Of a stretch of DNA of 64,000 nt, positions 1-8,540 are shown in pieces. The notes beneath the pieces are model-generated. The model saw only the letters and a list, made by a program, of their open reading frames with translations, was not told where the DNA came from and did not search any database. Positions within the stretch are counted from its first letter, which is position 1; each line of letters opens with the position of its first letter. A program made the position numbers and the translations under genes. This DNA comes from a bacterium (lineage in GTDB: Bacteria; Bacteroidota; Bacteroidia; Bacteroidales; FEN-979). The stretch covers positions 9,995 to 73,994 of the forward strand of contig JAZDGR010000052.1 in NCBI GenBank assembly GCA_043806735.1, written 5' to 3'.

Positions 1-607
1 ATTTCAGGATCTCGATGCTTTCGATCTGTTCGCTGCGGGGATTCTCATCTTTCAGCAAGTTTATCGTATTGATGATGGCATTCAGCGGCGTGCGGATCTC
101 GTGGCTCATGGTGGAGAGGAACTTCTGCTTGGCGTGGGTGGCATCCTCTGCGATCTCTTTGGCCGTCTTGAGGTCTTTTTCGATCTTTTCCCTCCACAGG
201 ATCTCGTCCTGCAGGTTTTTCCGCTGTTTGTAAAGGTTGATGAACACGGTGACCTTCCCGATCAGGATATCGGGGATGATGGGCTTCGTGATAAAGTCCA
301 CCGCCCCGGTCTTGATGCCTTTGACCCGGTAATAGTCTTCGTGGTAAAAAGCGGTGATGTAGATGATGGGGAGAAGTTCATTTTCAGGATTTTGCCGGAT
401 ACGTTCCACGGCTTCAAAGCCATCCATCCCGGGCATATGGACATCCATCAGGATCAGGGCAAAATCGGTTTCCTGTGCCTTTGTAATCGCCTCTTCTCCC
501 GACAGAGCCCTTACAAAACTGGCATCCAGGTCGGCGAGCATCTCTTCCAGGACGATGATGTTTTTGATCCGGTCGTCAACGATCAGAATTTTGGGTTTTG
601 TAATCAT
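1..607 (-). CDS. hybrid response-regulator / histidine kinase, N-terminal part (runs off the left edge)
   Basis: Absent from the ORF track because it is edge-truncated. My reverse-strand translation from the ATG at 607-605 reads MITKPKILIVDDRIKNIIVLEEMLADL...LMDVHMPGMDGFE (REC domain), then ...KFLSTMSHEIRTPLNAIIN (HisKA H-box). The frame stays open to position 2. Its start overlaps the cheB-like stop as ATGA. Confidence 0.8.
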   Translation of the reverse strand, partial: MITKPKILIVDDRIKNIIVLEEMLADLDASFVRALSGEEAITKAQETDFALILMDVHMPGMDGFEAVERIRQNPENELLPIIYITAFYHEDYYRVKGIKTGAVDFITKPIIPDILIGKVTVFINLYKQRKNLQDEILWREKIEKDLKTAKEIAEDATHAKQKFLSTMSHEIRTPLNAIINTINLLKDENPRSEQIESIEILK

Positions 608-1176
608 ACTAAAGAATTCAAAAAGTTCGCAATCTCTTTCAGTGTCAATATCTGGTCCACTTTCACCGATTCAATCGCCGATCGGGGCATGGTATCGGAT
701 TCGGCTTCCCCGGGGTTCTGTACGATGACATGGCCTCCCAGTTCTTTGATTTTTTTCAGCCCCCGGCTTCCGTCGTTATTGGCGCCGGTAAGCACGATGC
801 CGATCAGTTTTGCGTGGTATGCCTCGGCGGCCGTCTCAAACAACACGTCGATGGAGGGGCGGGCATAATTGACCCGCTCATCCACGGTTAGGGTAAACGA
901 CCTGTCGGTCTCAAGCAGCAGGTGATAGTTCGGGGGCGCCACATAGGCCGTTCCTCCCTGCGGAACCTCTTTCTCGTCGGCTTCCTTCACCCGGAGCTTA
1001 TGAAGGTCATCCAGGAACGATGGGAGGTAGTTGTCCGAGTCGGGGCTCATATGCTGAACGAGGATCATCGGCAACGGGAATTTTTCGTCAAGTAGAGTAA
1101 AGATGGTTTTCAACGCGTGCAACCCTCCCGCCGAAGAACCGATCACGACCGCCTGATACTTCTTTTTTGAAACCAC
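604..1176 (-). CDS. cheB: CheB-type protein-glutamate methylesterase, catalytic domain only (no REC domain)
   Basis: 190 aa. VVIGSSAGGLHAL matches the CheB Ser-motif region, and LTGANNDGSRGLKKIKELGGHVIVQNP is a typical CheB C-terminal core. It lies directly downstream of cheR. Confidence 0.8.
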   Translation of the reverse strand: MVSKKKYQAVVIGSSAGGLHALKTIFTLLDEKFPLPMILVQHMSPDSDNYLPSFLDDLHKLRVKEADEKEVPQGGTAYVAPPNYHLLLETDRSFTLTVDERVNYARPSIDVLFETAAEAYHAKLIGIVLTGANNDGSRGLKKIKELGGHVIVQNPGEAESDTMPRSAIESVKVDQILTLKEIANFLNSLV

Positions 1177-1187
1177 GGGGTGTAAAG

Positions 1188-2033
1188 TTACGACGAAAAT
1201 TTCTTAATGTATATTCTTTCTTTTTCAACAACCGGTTCAAACTCGCCATAGTGCGCCGAGAACTGCAGGTTTTCCTTGGAGCCGAGGCAGAGGAAACCGC
1301 CACCTGTCAGGCTGTCGATGAACAGGCGGATCACTTTGTCCTGGAGCTGGCGGTCGAAATAGATCAGCACATTCCGGCAAACCACCAGGTTGACCTCGGC
1401 AAAAACGCTGTCGGTCACCAGGTTATGGGTCGCAAAGACGATGTTTTTCCGGAGCGATTCATGCAGCTTTGCCACCTCCTCATTGGCGGTATAATAGTCG
1501 GAGAAGGATCTCCTCCCTCCTGCTTTCTGGTAACTGACCGTATACTCCTTGATCCGGCTGACCGGGTAGGATGCCTCCCTGGCATGTTTGATGATACGAG
1601 GATTGAAATCGGTGGCGTAAATCTGGGTTTTGTGTAGCAGTCCCTCTTCCTTGAGCATGATGGCCATGGAAAAGACCTCCTCCCCACTGGAACATCCGGC
1701 ATGCCAGATCTTGACAAAAGGGTACGTCCGTAAGACCGGCAAAACACTCTGTCTAAGCACCTTGTAAAAAGAGGGGTCGCGGAACATTTCGGTGACGTTG
1801 ATCGAGAGATCCATCAGGATCTCATTCACAAACCGGGTATCGTAAAGGGTTTTGTAGATCATCTCGGAAATGGTATTCAGTCCCGACAGCTGAAACCGGT
1901 TCAGGATGCGGCGCTTGACATGAGCCTGGGAATAATTCCGGAAATCGTACCCGTATTTCTGGTAGATGGCCTCGACCACTAATCGGATCTCAATGTCCTG
2001 GCTCTCCAGGTTCTCTTCCTGTTGCTTTTTCAC
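1188..2033 (-). CDS. cheR: CheR-type protein-glutamate O-methyltransferase
   Basis: 281 aa. It has the CheR N-terminal helical part (YGYDFRNYSQAHVKRRI), the SAM-binding motif IWHAGCSSGEEVFS and CRNVLIYFD. Confidence 0.85.
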   Translation of the reverse strand: MKKQQEENLESQDIEIRLVVEAIYQKYGYDFRNYSQAHVKRRILNRFQLSGLNTISEMIYKTLYDTRFVNEILMDLSINVTEMFRDPSFYKVLRQSVLPVLRTYPFVKIWHAGCSSGEEVFSMAIMLKEEGLLHKTQIYATDFNPRIIKHAREASYPVSRIKEYTVSYQKAGGRRSFSDYYTANEEVAKLHESLRKNIVFATHNLVTDSVFAEVNLVVCRNVLIYFDRQLQDKVIRLFIDSLTGGGFLCLGSKENLQFSAHYGEFEPVVEKERIYIKKFSS

Positions 2034-2046
2034 TCGTACAATTTGT

Positions 2047-3123
2047 TTAAGGGGTTTCGCGCCCGTTTTGCTTCAGGGCATTCTGAATCAGCGAGGCGAT
2101 CACGCTCACCAGCAGGATCCCTGCAATGATCATCAGCGATTGTTGCGTGCTGAGGTGCAGCCAGTGGAAATGATGCAAAATCATCTTTACTCCGACAAAC
2201 GTCAGCAGGACGGCAAGGCCCAGCTTCAGGTAATGGAACCGGTTCATGACATTCATCACCAGGAAGAAGAGGGAACGCAGGCCGAGGATGGCGAAGATGT
2301 TGGAGAAAAACACAATGTAAGGGTCCTGGGTTACTGAAAAAACAGCAGGGACCGAGTCGACAGCAAAAATCACATCCGTGAATTCGATGATCAGAAGGAT
2401 GATAAACAAGGGCGTTAAAAACCGTTTTCCATTTTTTTTGATCCAGAATTTCTCCCCATGGTCTTCCCGGGTGACCGAAAACCATTTCGAGGCAAATCTC
2501 ACCACGGGATGGTGTTCCGTGTCAATCCGGTCTTCGTCTTTCCGGGTAAAAAATTCCATTCCCATTTTGCCTCCCACCACAAGGAGAATCCCACCGAAGA
2601 TCAGCAGGAACCAGGCGAATTGCTGGATCAGGGCGCTCACGGCAAAGATGAAGAGAAACCGCATGACAATCGCTCCCAGGATTCCCCAGAAAAGCACCTT
2701 TTTGTAATACTCCTGCCGGATGTTGAAGGAGAGAAAAATCATGATGATCACGAAGACGTTGTCAACGGAGAGGGAATATTCGATGAGGTATCCCGTGAGG
2801 TATTCCAGCGCCAGGTTCAGGTTGTAAACCCGGATAGCCTCTTCCATCCCCAGTCCCTCGATGCTGATCGGGTGACTGTAAGTTTGGATCCGATCTCCGA
2901 TCGCTTCCAGTGTATCGGATCCGTGGATCAGGTTTCCGTGGCTGCGGATGAAAAAATAGAATCCGATCGAGATGCCTACCCAAACGAGGGTCCGCACGAG
3001 GGCTTCCTTCAGGCTGAGTTTGTCATTTTTCTTATTGAACAGGCCCAGATCGATTGCCAGCATCAGGCCGATAAACAGCAGGAATGAAGCGAAAAAAACA
3101 AACTCGTTTACCGACATGGTCAT
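2047..3123 (-). CDS. TerC family integral membrane protein
   Basis: 358 aa and polytopic. TerC-like segments include YLIEYSLSVDNVFVIIMIF and IIEFTDVIFAVDSVPAVF. Confidence 0.8.
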   Translation of the reverse strand: MTMSVNEFVFFASFLLFIGLMLAIDLGLFNKKNDKLSLKEALVRTLVWVGISIGFYFFIRSHGNLIHGSDTLEAIGDRIQTYSHPISIEGLGMEEAIRVYNLNLALEYLTGYLIEYSLSVDNVFVIIMIFLSFNIRQEYYKKVLFWGILGAIVMRFLFIFAVSALIQQFAWFLLIFGGILLVVGGKMGMEFFTRKDEDRIDTEHHPVVRFASKWFSVTREDHGEKFWIKKNGKRFLTPLFIILLIIEFTDVIFAVDSVPAVFSVTQDPYIVFFSNIFAILGLRSLFFLVMNVMNRFHYLKLGLAVLLTFVGVKMILHHFHWLHLSTQQSLMIIAGILLVSVIASLIQNALKQNGRETP

Positions 3124-3149
3124 GGGAATAGGTTATCGGGATGATAGGT

Positions 3150-3157
3150 CAAAAATA
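3150..3157 (-). promoter_or_regulatory. Bacteroidota -7 box (TATTTTTG on the minus strand) upstream of terC-like gene
   Basis: The plus strand reads CAAAAATA, the reverse complement of TAnnTTTG. It lies 27 nt upstream of the ATG at 3123. Confidence 0.4.
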
Positions 3158-3168
3158 ATAAAAATTCT

Positions 3169-3176
3169 TACTTTTG
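3169..3176 (+). promoter_or_regulatory. Bacteroidota -7 box TACTTTTG upstream of glnA
   Basis: Matches TAnnTTTG and ends 32 nt before the ATG at 3209. Confidence 0.45.
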
Positions 3177-3208
3177 CATCCCTGCTCGTACAAAGAAACC
3201 AGATTGCT

Positions 3209-4717
3209 ATGAATGAAGTCGTTGTGCTCAATCCGAACCCGCTGATCCGGTTTTTGGACAAACCTTCGGATGATTTTACCCGGGATGACCTGATCCGGTT
3301 CATCGAGGGCCATGGGATCCAACTAGTGAATTTCCGGTATGCCGGCGCCGACGGCCGTTTGAAGACCCTCAATTTCATTATCAAAAGCCGGAAGCACCTG
3401 GAGAGCATTCTCAACGCCGGGGAACGGGTGGACGGGTCGAGCCTTTTCCCGCATTACATCGAAGCGGGTTCTTCCGACCTATATGTGGTCCCGCGGTACC
3501 GCACCGCCTTCCTGAATCCTTTTTCCGCGATCCCCGCACTCGACATCCTCTGTTCATATTACGACAAAGACGGTTTGCCGTTTGCCAGTTCTCCAGAGTA
3601 CATCATGCGAAAAGCGCACCGGGCTTTGAAAGAGTCGGCCGGACTCGATTATGAAGTGATGGGGGAACTGGAGTACTATGTGATCAGCGAAAAAAACCCT
3701 CTCTATGAAGCGGCCGACCAGCGCGGGTATCATGAATCCTCCCCTTTCTGCAAGTGGGAGAAGCTTCGCATTGAGGCCATGCAGGCGATTGCCACTTGCG
3801 GCGGCTTCATCAAGTACGGCCATTCGGAGGTAGGCACCTTCACCGAGTCGGGACTCCTCTATGAGCAGAACGAAATCGAATTCATCCCGGTACGGCTGGA
3901 AGATGCTGCCGAGCAGCTTCTCATCGCCAAATGGATCCTCCGGTCGCTGGCTTATAAATATGGCGTGACTGTGACCTTTGCGCCCAAGATCACCACCGGA
4001 AAAGCCGGCAGCGGTCTGCATATTCATACCCGGTTGCTGAAGAATGGGAAGAGCATGATGGTGGAAAACGGGGTCCTTTCGGGTACCGCCCGGAAGGCCA
4101 TTGCGGGCTACCTATTCCTGGCCAAATCCCTTACCGCTTTCGGGAACATGATCCCCACTTCCTATTTTCGCCTGGTGCCGCACCAGGAAGCGCCGACCAC
4201 CATCTGCTGGGGTGACCGCAACCGTTCGGTCCTCGTGCGTGTTCCTTTGGGATGGAGTGATTCCAAAAACAACATGGTAAAGGATGCCAATCCGCTGGAA
4301 AAGGAAACCCGAAACCATTTCATCAACCGGCAAACGGTTGAGTTCCGCTCTCCCGATGGGTCGGCTGACGTCTACCTGCTGTTTGCCGGACTGGCTGTTG
4401 CGGCCAGGTACGGACTAGAGATGAAAGAGGCGCTCGCTTATGCCGAGAAAACCTATGTGGATATTAACATCTTTGATGCCAAATATAAAAAGCGGGTCCG
4501 CGAACTTCAGTACCTCCCCTCCTCGTGCTGGGACTCTGCCGATGCGCTGGAGAGTCAGCGGGCGATTTACCAGTCGAAAGGAGTCTTCCCGAAAAAGATC
4601 CTCGACGGGATCATCAAGAAGCTCAAGAGTTTCGACGACCAGCATCTCCTGCGGAACATCATGGACAGCGAGAAGGAGATCATCAAGCTGGTGAATACCT
4701 TCCTTCATTGCGGATAA
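3209..4717 (+). CDS. glnA: glutamine synthetase (about 500-aa form)
   Basis: Start moved to MNEVVVLNPNP. The longer tracked ORF (2972) overlaps terC and the promoter box. It has a GS beta-grasp N-terminus (LVNFRYAGADGRLKTLNF) and a catalytic-domain segment (EIEFIPVRLEDAAEQLLIAKWILRSLAYKYGVTVTFAPK...GSGLHIH). Confidence 0.85.
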   Translation: MNEVVVLNPNPLIRFLDKPSDDFTRDDLIRFIEGHGIQLVNFRYAGADGRLKTLNFIIKSRKHLESILNAGERVDGSSLFPHYIEAGSSDLYVVPRYRTAFLNPFSAIPALDILCSYYDKDGLPFASSPEYIMRKAHRALKESAGLDYEVMGELEYYVISEKNPLYEAADQRGYHESSPFCKWEKLRIEAMQAIATCGGFIKYGHSEVGTFTESGLLYEQNEIEFIPVRLEDAAEQLLIAKWILRSLAYKYGVTVTFAPKITTGKAGSGLHIHTRLLKNGKSMMVENGVLSGTARKAIAGYLFLAKSLTAFGNMIPTSYFRLVPHQEAPTTICWGDRNRSVLVRVPLGWSDSKNNMVKDANPLEKETRNHFINRQTVEFRSPDGSADVYLLFAGLAVAARYGLEMKEALAYAEKTYVDINIFDAKYKKRVRELQYLPSSCWDSADALESQRAIYQSKGVFPKKILDGIIKKLKSFDDQHLLRNIMDSEKEIIKLVNTFLHCG

Positions 4718-4866
4718 ATCGGACGTTATGTCATGCAGAAGATCATCCGTTGCGTCATTTTGTCGCCAGAAAAGATTCCGGGTTCCGTTTTTCGCATTTG
4801 GTACATAAATTGAACCTGGCCGGTCAGAACAACAATAAAACAAAAAATATAAAGGAGGACTACATT

Positions 4867-5292
4867 ATGACAATTATCAGGTGGCAACACAGAAACCCGT
4901 TGGCCAATATTGTGTCCGGTTTTTTCGACACCGAATTCCATGATTTCTTCGGCAGACGCGTGTGCGACCCTACCGCGAACATCATGGAGAAACCTGAAGG
5001 GTTTGAACTGGAGATCGCTGCTCCGGGATTGAAGAAAGAAGATTTCAAGATCAACCTTGAAAATGCCGTTCTTACCATCTCTTCCGAAATGGAAGACGAA
5101 AAGAGGGAAGAAGGCAAAAACTACACCCGGAAAGAGTTTTATTACGGGTCTTTCAGCCGTTCATTCACCCTGCCGAAATCGGTTGACACCGAGAAGATCA
5201 AAGCCGATTACGACAATGGCATCCTGCGGATCGATTTACCGAAGAAAGCAGAATCCACGCTGGAAATCAAGAAAGAGATCAAGATCTCCTAA
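4867..5292 (+). CDS. Hsp20 / alpha-crystallin small heat-shock protein
   Basis: Start at MTIIRWQ. Alpha-crystallin core: FELEIAAPGLKKEDFKINLENAVLTISSE...FSRSFTLPKSVDTEKIKADYDNGILRIDLPK. AAGGAGG lies 8 nt upstream of the ATG. Confidence 0.9.
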   Translation: MTIIRWQHRNPLANIVSGFFDTEFHDFFGRRVCDPTANIMEKPEGFELEIAAPGLKKEDFKINLENAVLTISSEMEDEKREEGKNYTRKEFYYGSFSRSFTLPKSVDTEKIKADYDNGILRIDLPKKAESTLEIKKEIKIS

Positions 5293-5312
5293 ATTGATAC
5301 AAAACTTCCCCG

Positions 5313-6377
5313 TCAGAAGAGGTGCCGGAACGGAAGTAAGATGTATTCGAATATCTTTTCAATCTTCGGACGGTTCAGCCAGCGGGGAAAGTCAAACGGC
5401 TCGGAGTTCCGAAGCGTTTCCCTGACATGCTGATCAAGCTGGCGAAGGATTTCGGGTTCGCTTCCGATCAAGGCAATTTCATACTGATACCGGAAGCTCC
5501 GGTAATCAAAATTGGCTGAGGAGACCGAGAAGGTCTTTTTGTCGATGATCAGCAGTTTTGCATGGAGATTGTGCGGGGTATAAAAGAGGAGCTGTACCCC
5601 GTTTTTATGCATCATCCCGAAATATTTGTTCCGGAGGATATCGACCATGCGCATGTCGGAATGCTTTGGCATGATCACCTTCACATCGATCCCCCGCCTG
5701 CCAGCATCCATCAGCGCCTTTCGTAACAGAAAGCCGGGAAGGAAATAGGGGGTTTCGATCAGCACGCTGGTCCTGGCGCTGCGGATCATCTGGGTATACT
5801 TTTTCTTCAACCGCTGCAGGGGGATAGAAGGCACGTCGCGGACAATCTCGTACTCCCCGAACTTCATATTCTTGCTGTAACTCAGCTTGTTGGTGATGTA
5901 GTAAGGATTGAATGCCTCGAAATTCTGCTCGAAAACCGTCCGGAAAGTCGGCGTGATCTCCCCGTGAAACCTGAGTGCCAGCTCTCTCCAGTTGAGGTTG
6001 TATCCGGTGATATTCGCCGACCCGATGTAACAGATCAGGTCGTCGATCACCATGATTTTCCGGTGATCGCGGCGATGTCCCCGGGTAAAGAGGTCGCTGC
6101 TGATCTTGATCTTTTCGAAAAACTTGACCTCCCCGCCAAAGGCGATAAGGTCGGTAAAAAAGGTCTCTGATACCGGCCCTCTCCCCCACGAATCAATCAG
6201 CAGCTTCACCTTCACCCCTTCCTGGGCTTTCCGGGTGAGGGCATCTTTAAACTTGATCCCTATATGGTCGTTGGCGAATTTGTAAGTCTCCAGGTAGACA
6301 TAGGATTTTGCATTTGCTATGTCGTTGAGCATCAGGTTATAAAGCTTCAATGTATCGTCAATAACCAGGAACTCCAT
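5313..6377 (-). CDS. phospholipase D family protein (ClsB-like cardiolipin synthase, no TM segment)
   Basis: 354 aa with two HKD motifs: HRKIMVIDDLICYIGSANI and HAKLLIIDKKTFSVSSANF. Confidence 0.8.
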   Translation of the reverse strand: MEFLVIDDTLKLYNLMLNDIANAKSYVYLETYKFANDHIGIKFKDALTRKAQEGVKVKLLIDSWGRGPVSETFFTDLIAFGGEVKFFEKIKISSDLFTRGHRRDHRKIMVIDDLICYIGSANITGYNLNWRELALRFHGEITPTFRTVFEQNFEAFNPYYITNKLSYSKNMKFGEYEIVRDVPSIPLQRLKKKYTQMIRSARTSVLIETPYFLPGFLLRKALMDAGRRGIDVKVIMPKHSDMRMVDILRNKYFGMMHKNGVQLLFYTPHNLHAKLLIIDKKTFSVSSANFDYRSFRYQYEIALIGSEPEILRQLDQHVRETLRNSEPFDFPRWLNRPKIEKIFEYILLPFRHLF

Positions 6378-6416
6378 ACCGGCGGGGAATCAGAAGTTAT
6401 ATACTCTTCAATTCTT

Positions 6417-6424
6417 CAAAATTA
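6417..6424 (-). promoter_or_regulatory. Bacteroidota -7 box (TAATTTTG on the minus strand) upstream of the PLD gene
   Basis: The plus strand reads CAAAATTA, 40 nt upstream of the ATG at 6377. Confidence 0.35.
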
Positions 6425-6475
6425 GGAAAACATTCCTGAATTTTCCAACGGATTCGCCAACGGAGCGAAATTTTG

Positions 6476-6483
6476 TAGCTTTG
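6476..6483 (+). promoter_or_regulatory. Bacteroidota -7 box TAGCTTTG upstream of yicC-like gene
   Basis: Matches TAnnTTTG and ends 16 nt before the ATG at 6500. Confidence 0.4.
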
Positions 6484-6499
6484 TTAAAAATTCACCTGT

Positions 6500-7381
6500 A
6501 TGATCAAATCGATGACCGGTTACGGGAAAGGGGTTGTCGACCTCCCCGCCCGGAAACTGACGATCGAGATCAAATCGCTGAACAGCAAGGGGCTTGACCT
6601 GAACGTGAAGATCCCAGCCTGGTTCAGGGAGAAAGAGCTGGATGTCAGGAGCCTGCTTGCAACCCTGCAGCGGGGGAAGATCGACCTCTTCATCTCTTCC
6701 GAGTCGACCAGTGAAACCCTCGCCTATTCAATCAACAAACCGCTGGCTCACAAATATTACGAAGAGCTGAAAGAGCTGCTGCATGAGTTCCGTGAAGATT
6801 GTCCGGGCGGATTGCTGCCCCTGGTGGTCAGGATGCCGGATGTGCTTACGACCGGCCGGCAGGAGATCGATCCCTCGGAATGGGAAGCGATACGGGGGGA
6901 GCTTGAGCGGGCGATCGGGCAGGTAGAGGAATTCCGGATCCAGGAAGGGGCTACCCTCGAAGGCGATATCCGATCGCGGGTTACATCGATCCTTGCCCTG
7001 TTGGAGAAGGTTCTTCCTTTTGAGAAGGAACGGAAAGAGCAGGTGCGCCAAAACCTGCTGAAAGAACTTGACCAGTTAATTTCGTCTCCTGTTGCAACAA
7101 GAATAGACCCGAACCGGTTCGAGCAGGAACTGATCTACTACCTCGAGCGAATGGACTTCACGGAAGAGAAGGTCCGGCTTCAAAAACATGGGGAGTTTTT
7201 TCTGGAGACGCTTCAATCGGCCGAATCGCAGGGAAAGAAACTGGGATTTATCACGCAGGAAATGGGGCGTGAGATCAACACTCTGGGTTCCAAAGCTTCC
7301 CATGCAGAGATCCAAAAAATCGTGGTCCAGATGAAAGAGGAGTTGGAGAAGATCAGGGAGCAACTGCTGAATATTTTATGA
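6500..7381 (+). CDS. yicC: YicC family stress-induced protein
   Basis: 293 aa. It has the canonical N-terminus MIKSMTGYGKG and the C-terminal block GFITQEMGREINTLGSKA. Confidence 0.85.
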   Translation: MIKSMTGYGKGVVDLPARKLTIEIKSLNSKGLDLNVKIPAWFREKELDVRSLLATLQRGKIDLFISSESTSETLAYSINKPLAHKYYEELKELLHEFREDCPGGLLPLVVRMPDVLTTGRQEIDPSEWEAIRGELERAIGQVEEFRIQEGATLEGDIRSRVTSILALLEKVLPFEKERKEQVRQNLLKELDQLISSPVATRIDPNRFEQELIYYLERMDFTEEKVRLQKHGEFFLETLQSAESQGKKLGFITQEMGREINTLGSKASHAEIQKIVVQMKEELEKIREQLLNIL

Positions 7382-7941
7382 CCCAAAAAGCAATCATCGT
7401 ATCTGCCCCTTCGGGCGCCGGCAAATCTACGATTGTTCACCGCCTGATGCAGCGATTCGCCGAAATGGAATTCTCGGTTTCGGCCTGCACACGGCCTAAA
7501 CGGGGCGCCGAAGCGGAGGGGAAAGAGTATTATTTTCTTTCGGCGGAACCCTTCCTCGAAAAGGTCGCAAACGGCGAATTCGTTGAATGGGAGGAGGTGT
7601 ACCCCGGAAGTTACTACGGCACCCTGAAGTCGGAGCTGAACCGGATCTGGGGGCTCCGGAAAATCCCCGTATTCGACGTGGACGTGAAAGGCGGACTGAA
7701 CCTCAAAAAATATTTCGGCGCCAGTGCTCTTGCCTTTTTTATCCAGCCTCCTTCCCTCAAGATCCTCGAGCAACGCCTGCGCACGCGGAGTACCGAATCG
7801 GAAGAGAGTCTTCGGAAAAGGCTGAGCAAAGCGGAGTATGAAATGAGCTTTGCAGATAAATTTGATGAGGTTCTTGTGAATGATGACCTGGCACAGACGG
7901 TCGATCAGGCCATAGTATCTGTCAGAAATTTCCTGGAATGA
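7378..7941 (+). CDS. gmk: guanylate kinase
   Basis: 187 aa. P-loop SAPSGAGKST, plus YYFLS...F.E.A.V.G.YYGT-type core. Start overlaps the yicC stop by 4 nt. Confidence 0.9.
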   Translation: MTQKAIIVSAPSGAGKSTIVHRLMQRFAEMEFSVSACTRPKRGAEAEGKEYYFLSAEPFLEKVANGEFVEWEEVYPGSYYGTLKSELNRIWGLRKIPVFDVDVKGGLNLKKYFGASALAFFIQPPSLKILEQRLRTRSTESEESLRKRLSKAEYEMSFADKFDEVLVNDDLAQTVDQAIVSVRNFLE

Positions 7942-8540
7942 TGAAACCGGCTGCGACAAAAACCGGACTATTCTTCGGCTCCTTCAACCCGATCCACCTC
8001 GGGCACCTGATGATCGCCAGTTACATGGTGGAGTTTACGGATATTACCGAGGTATGGTTTATCCTCTCGCCGCACAACCCCCTGAAGGAAAAAGCCACGT
8101 TGCTTCCCGATGTAAACCGCCTTTATATGGTCAACGTGGCCGTGGAGGACGAACCGAAATTCCGCGCTTCCAACATCGAGTTTCACCTGCCCAAGCCCTC
8201 TTACACCATCGACACCCTCACCTGCCTGCAGGAACAATATCCCGGCAAGGAGTTCATCCTCCTGTCCGGATCCGACATTCTGCCTTCCTTCCACAAATGG
8301 AAAAACCACGAGCAGCTGCTGAACCTTTATAAATTCTATATCTACCCGCGACCGGATACCGCACCCAGTCCGTACGACACACACCCGTCCATTACCTTCC
8401 TCCCTGCCCCCCTGATCGAACTCTCTTCAAGCTTCATCCGGGAAGGCATCCGGGAGGGAAAGAATATGCTGTATTTCCTGCCTGCAAAAGTCTGGAAATA
8501 TATAGATGAGATGGGATTTTACAAAACTACACCGCCATGA
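7938..8540 (+). CDS. nadD: nicotinate-nucleotide adenylyltransferase
   Basis: 200 aa. GLFFGSFNPIHLGHL (HxGH-type nucleotidyltransferase motif) and ISSSFIREG-like ELSSSFIREG. Confidence 0.85.
   Translation: MMKPAATKTGLFFGSFNPIHLGHLMIASYMVEFTDITEVWFILSPHNPLKEKATLLPDVNRLYMVNVAVEDEPKFRASNIEFHLPKPSYTIDTLTCLQEQYPGKEFILLSGSDILPSFHKWKNHEQLLNLYKFYIYPRPDTAPSPYDTHPSITFLPAPLIELSSSFIREGIREGKNMLYFLPAKVWKYIDEMGFYKTTPP

Noticed and set aside
101-868. 255-aa plus-strand ORF at the left edge
   Set aside because: It is antisense to two well-supported minus-strand genes (the REC-HisKA kinase and cheB). The translation is low-complexity with no recognisable motif, so it is a shadow ORF.
2972-3208. N-terminal extension of the glnA ORF (tracked start 2972)
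   Set aside because: The extension overlaps the terC-like gene and both divergent promoter boxes. The conserved GS sequence begins at the internal Met (3209).
4525-4866. Long N-terminal extensions of the hsp20 ORF (4525) and the radical-SAM ORF (45642-45806)
   Set aside because: They overlap the 3' end of glnA and the 5' end of ispB respectively and have no family similarity. Internal Mets give proteins of canonical length.
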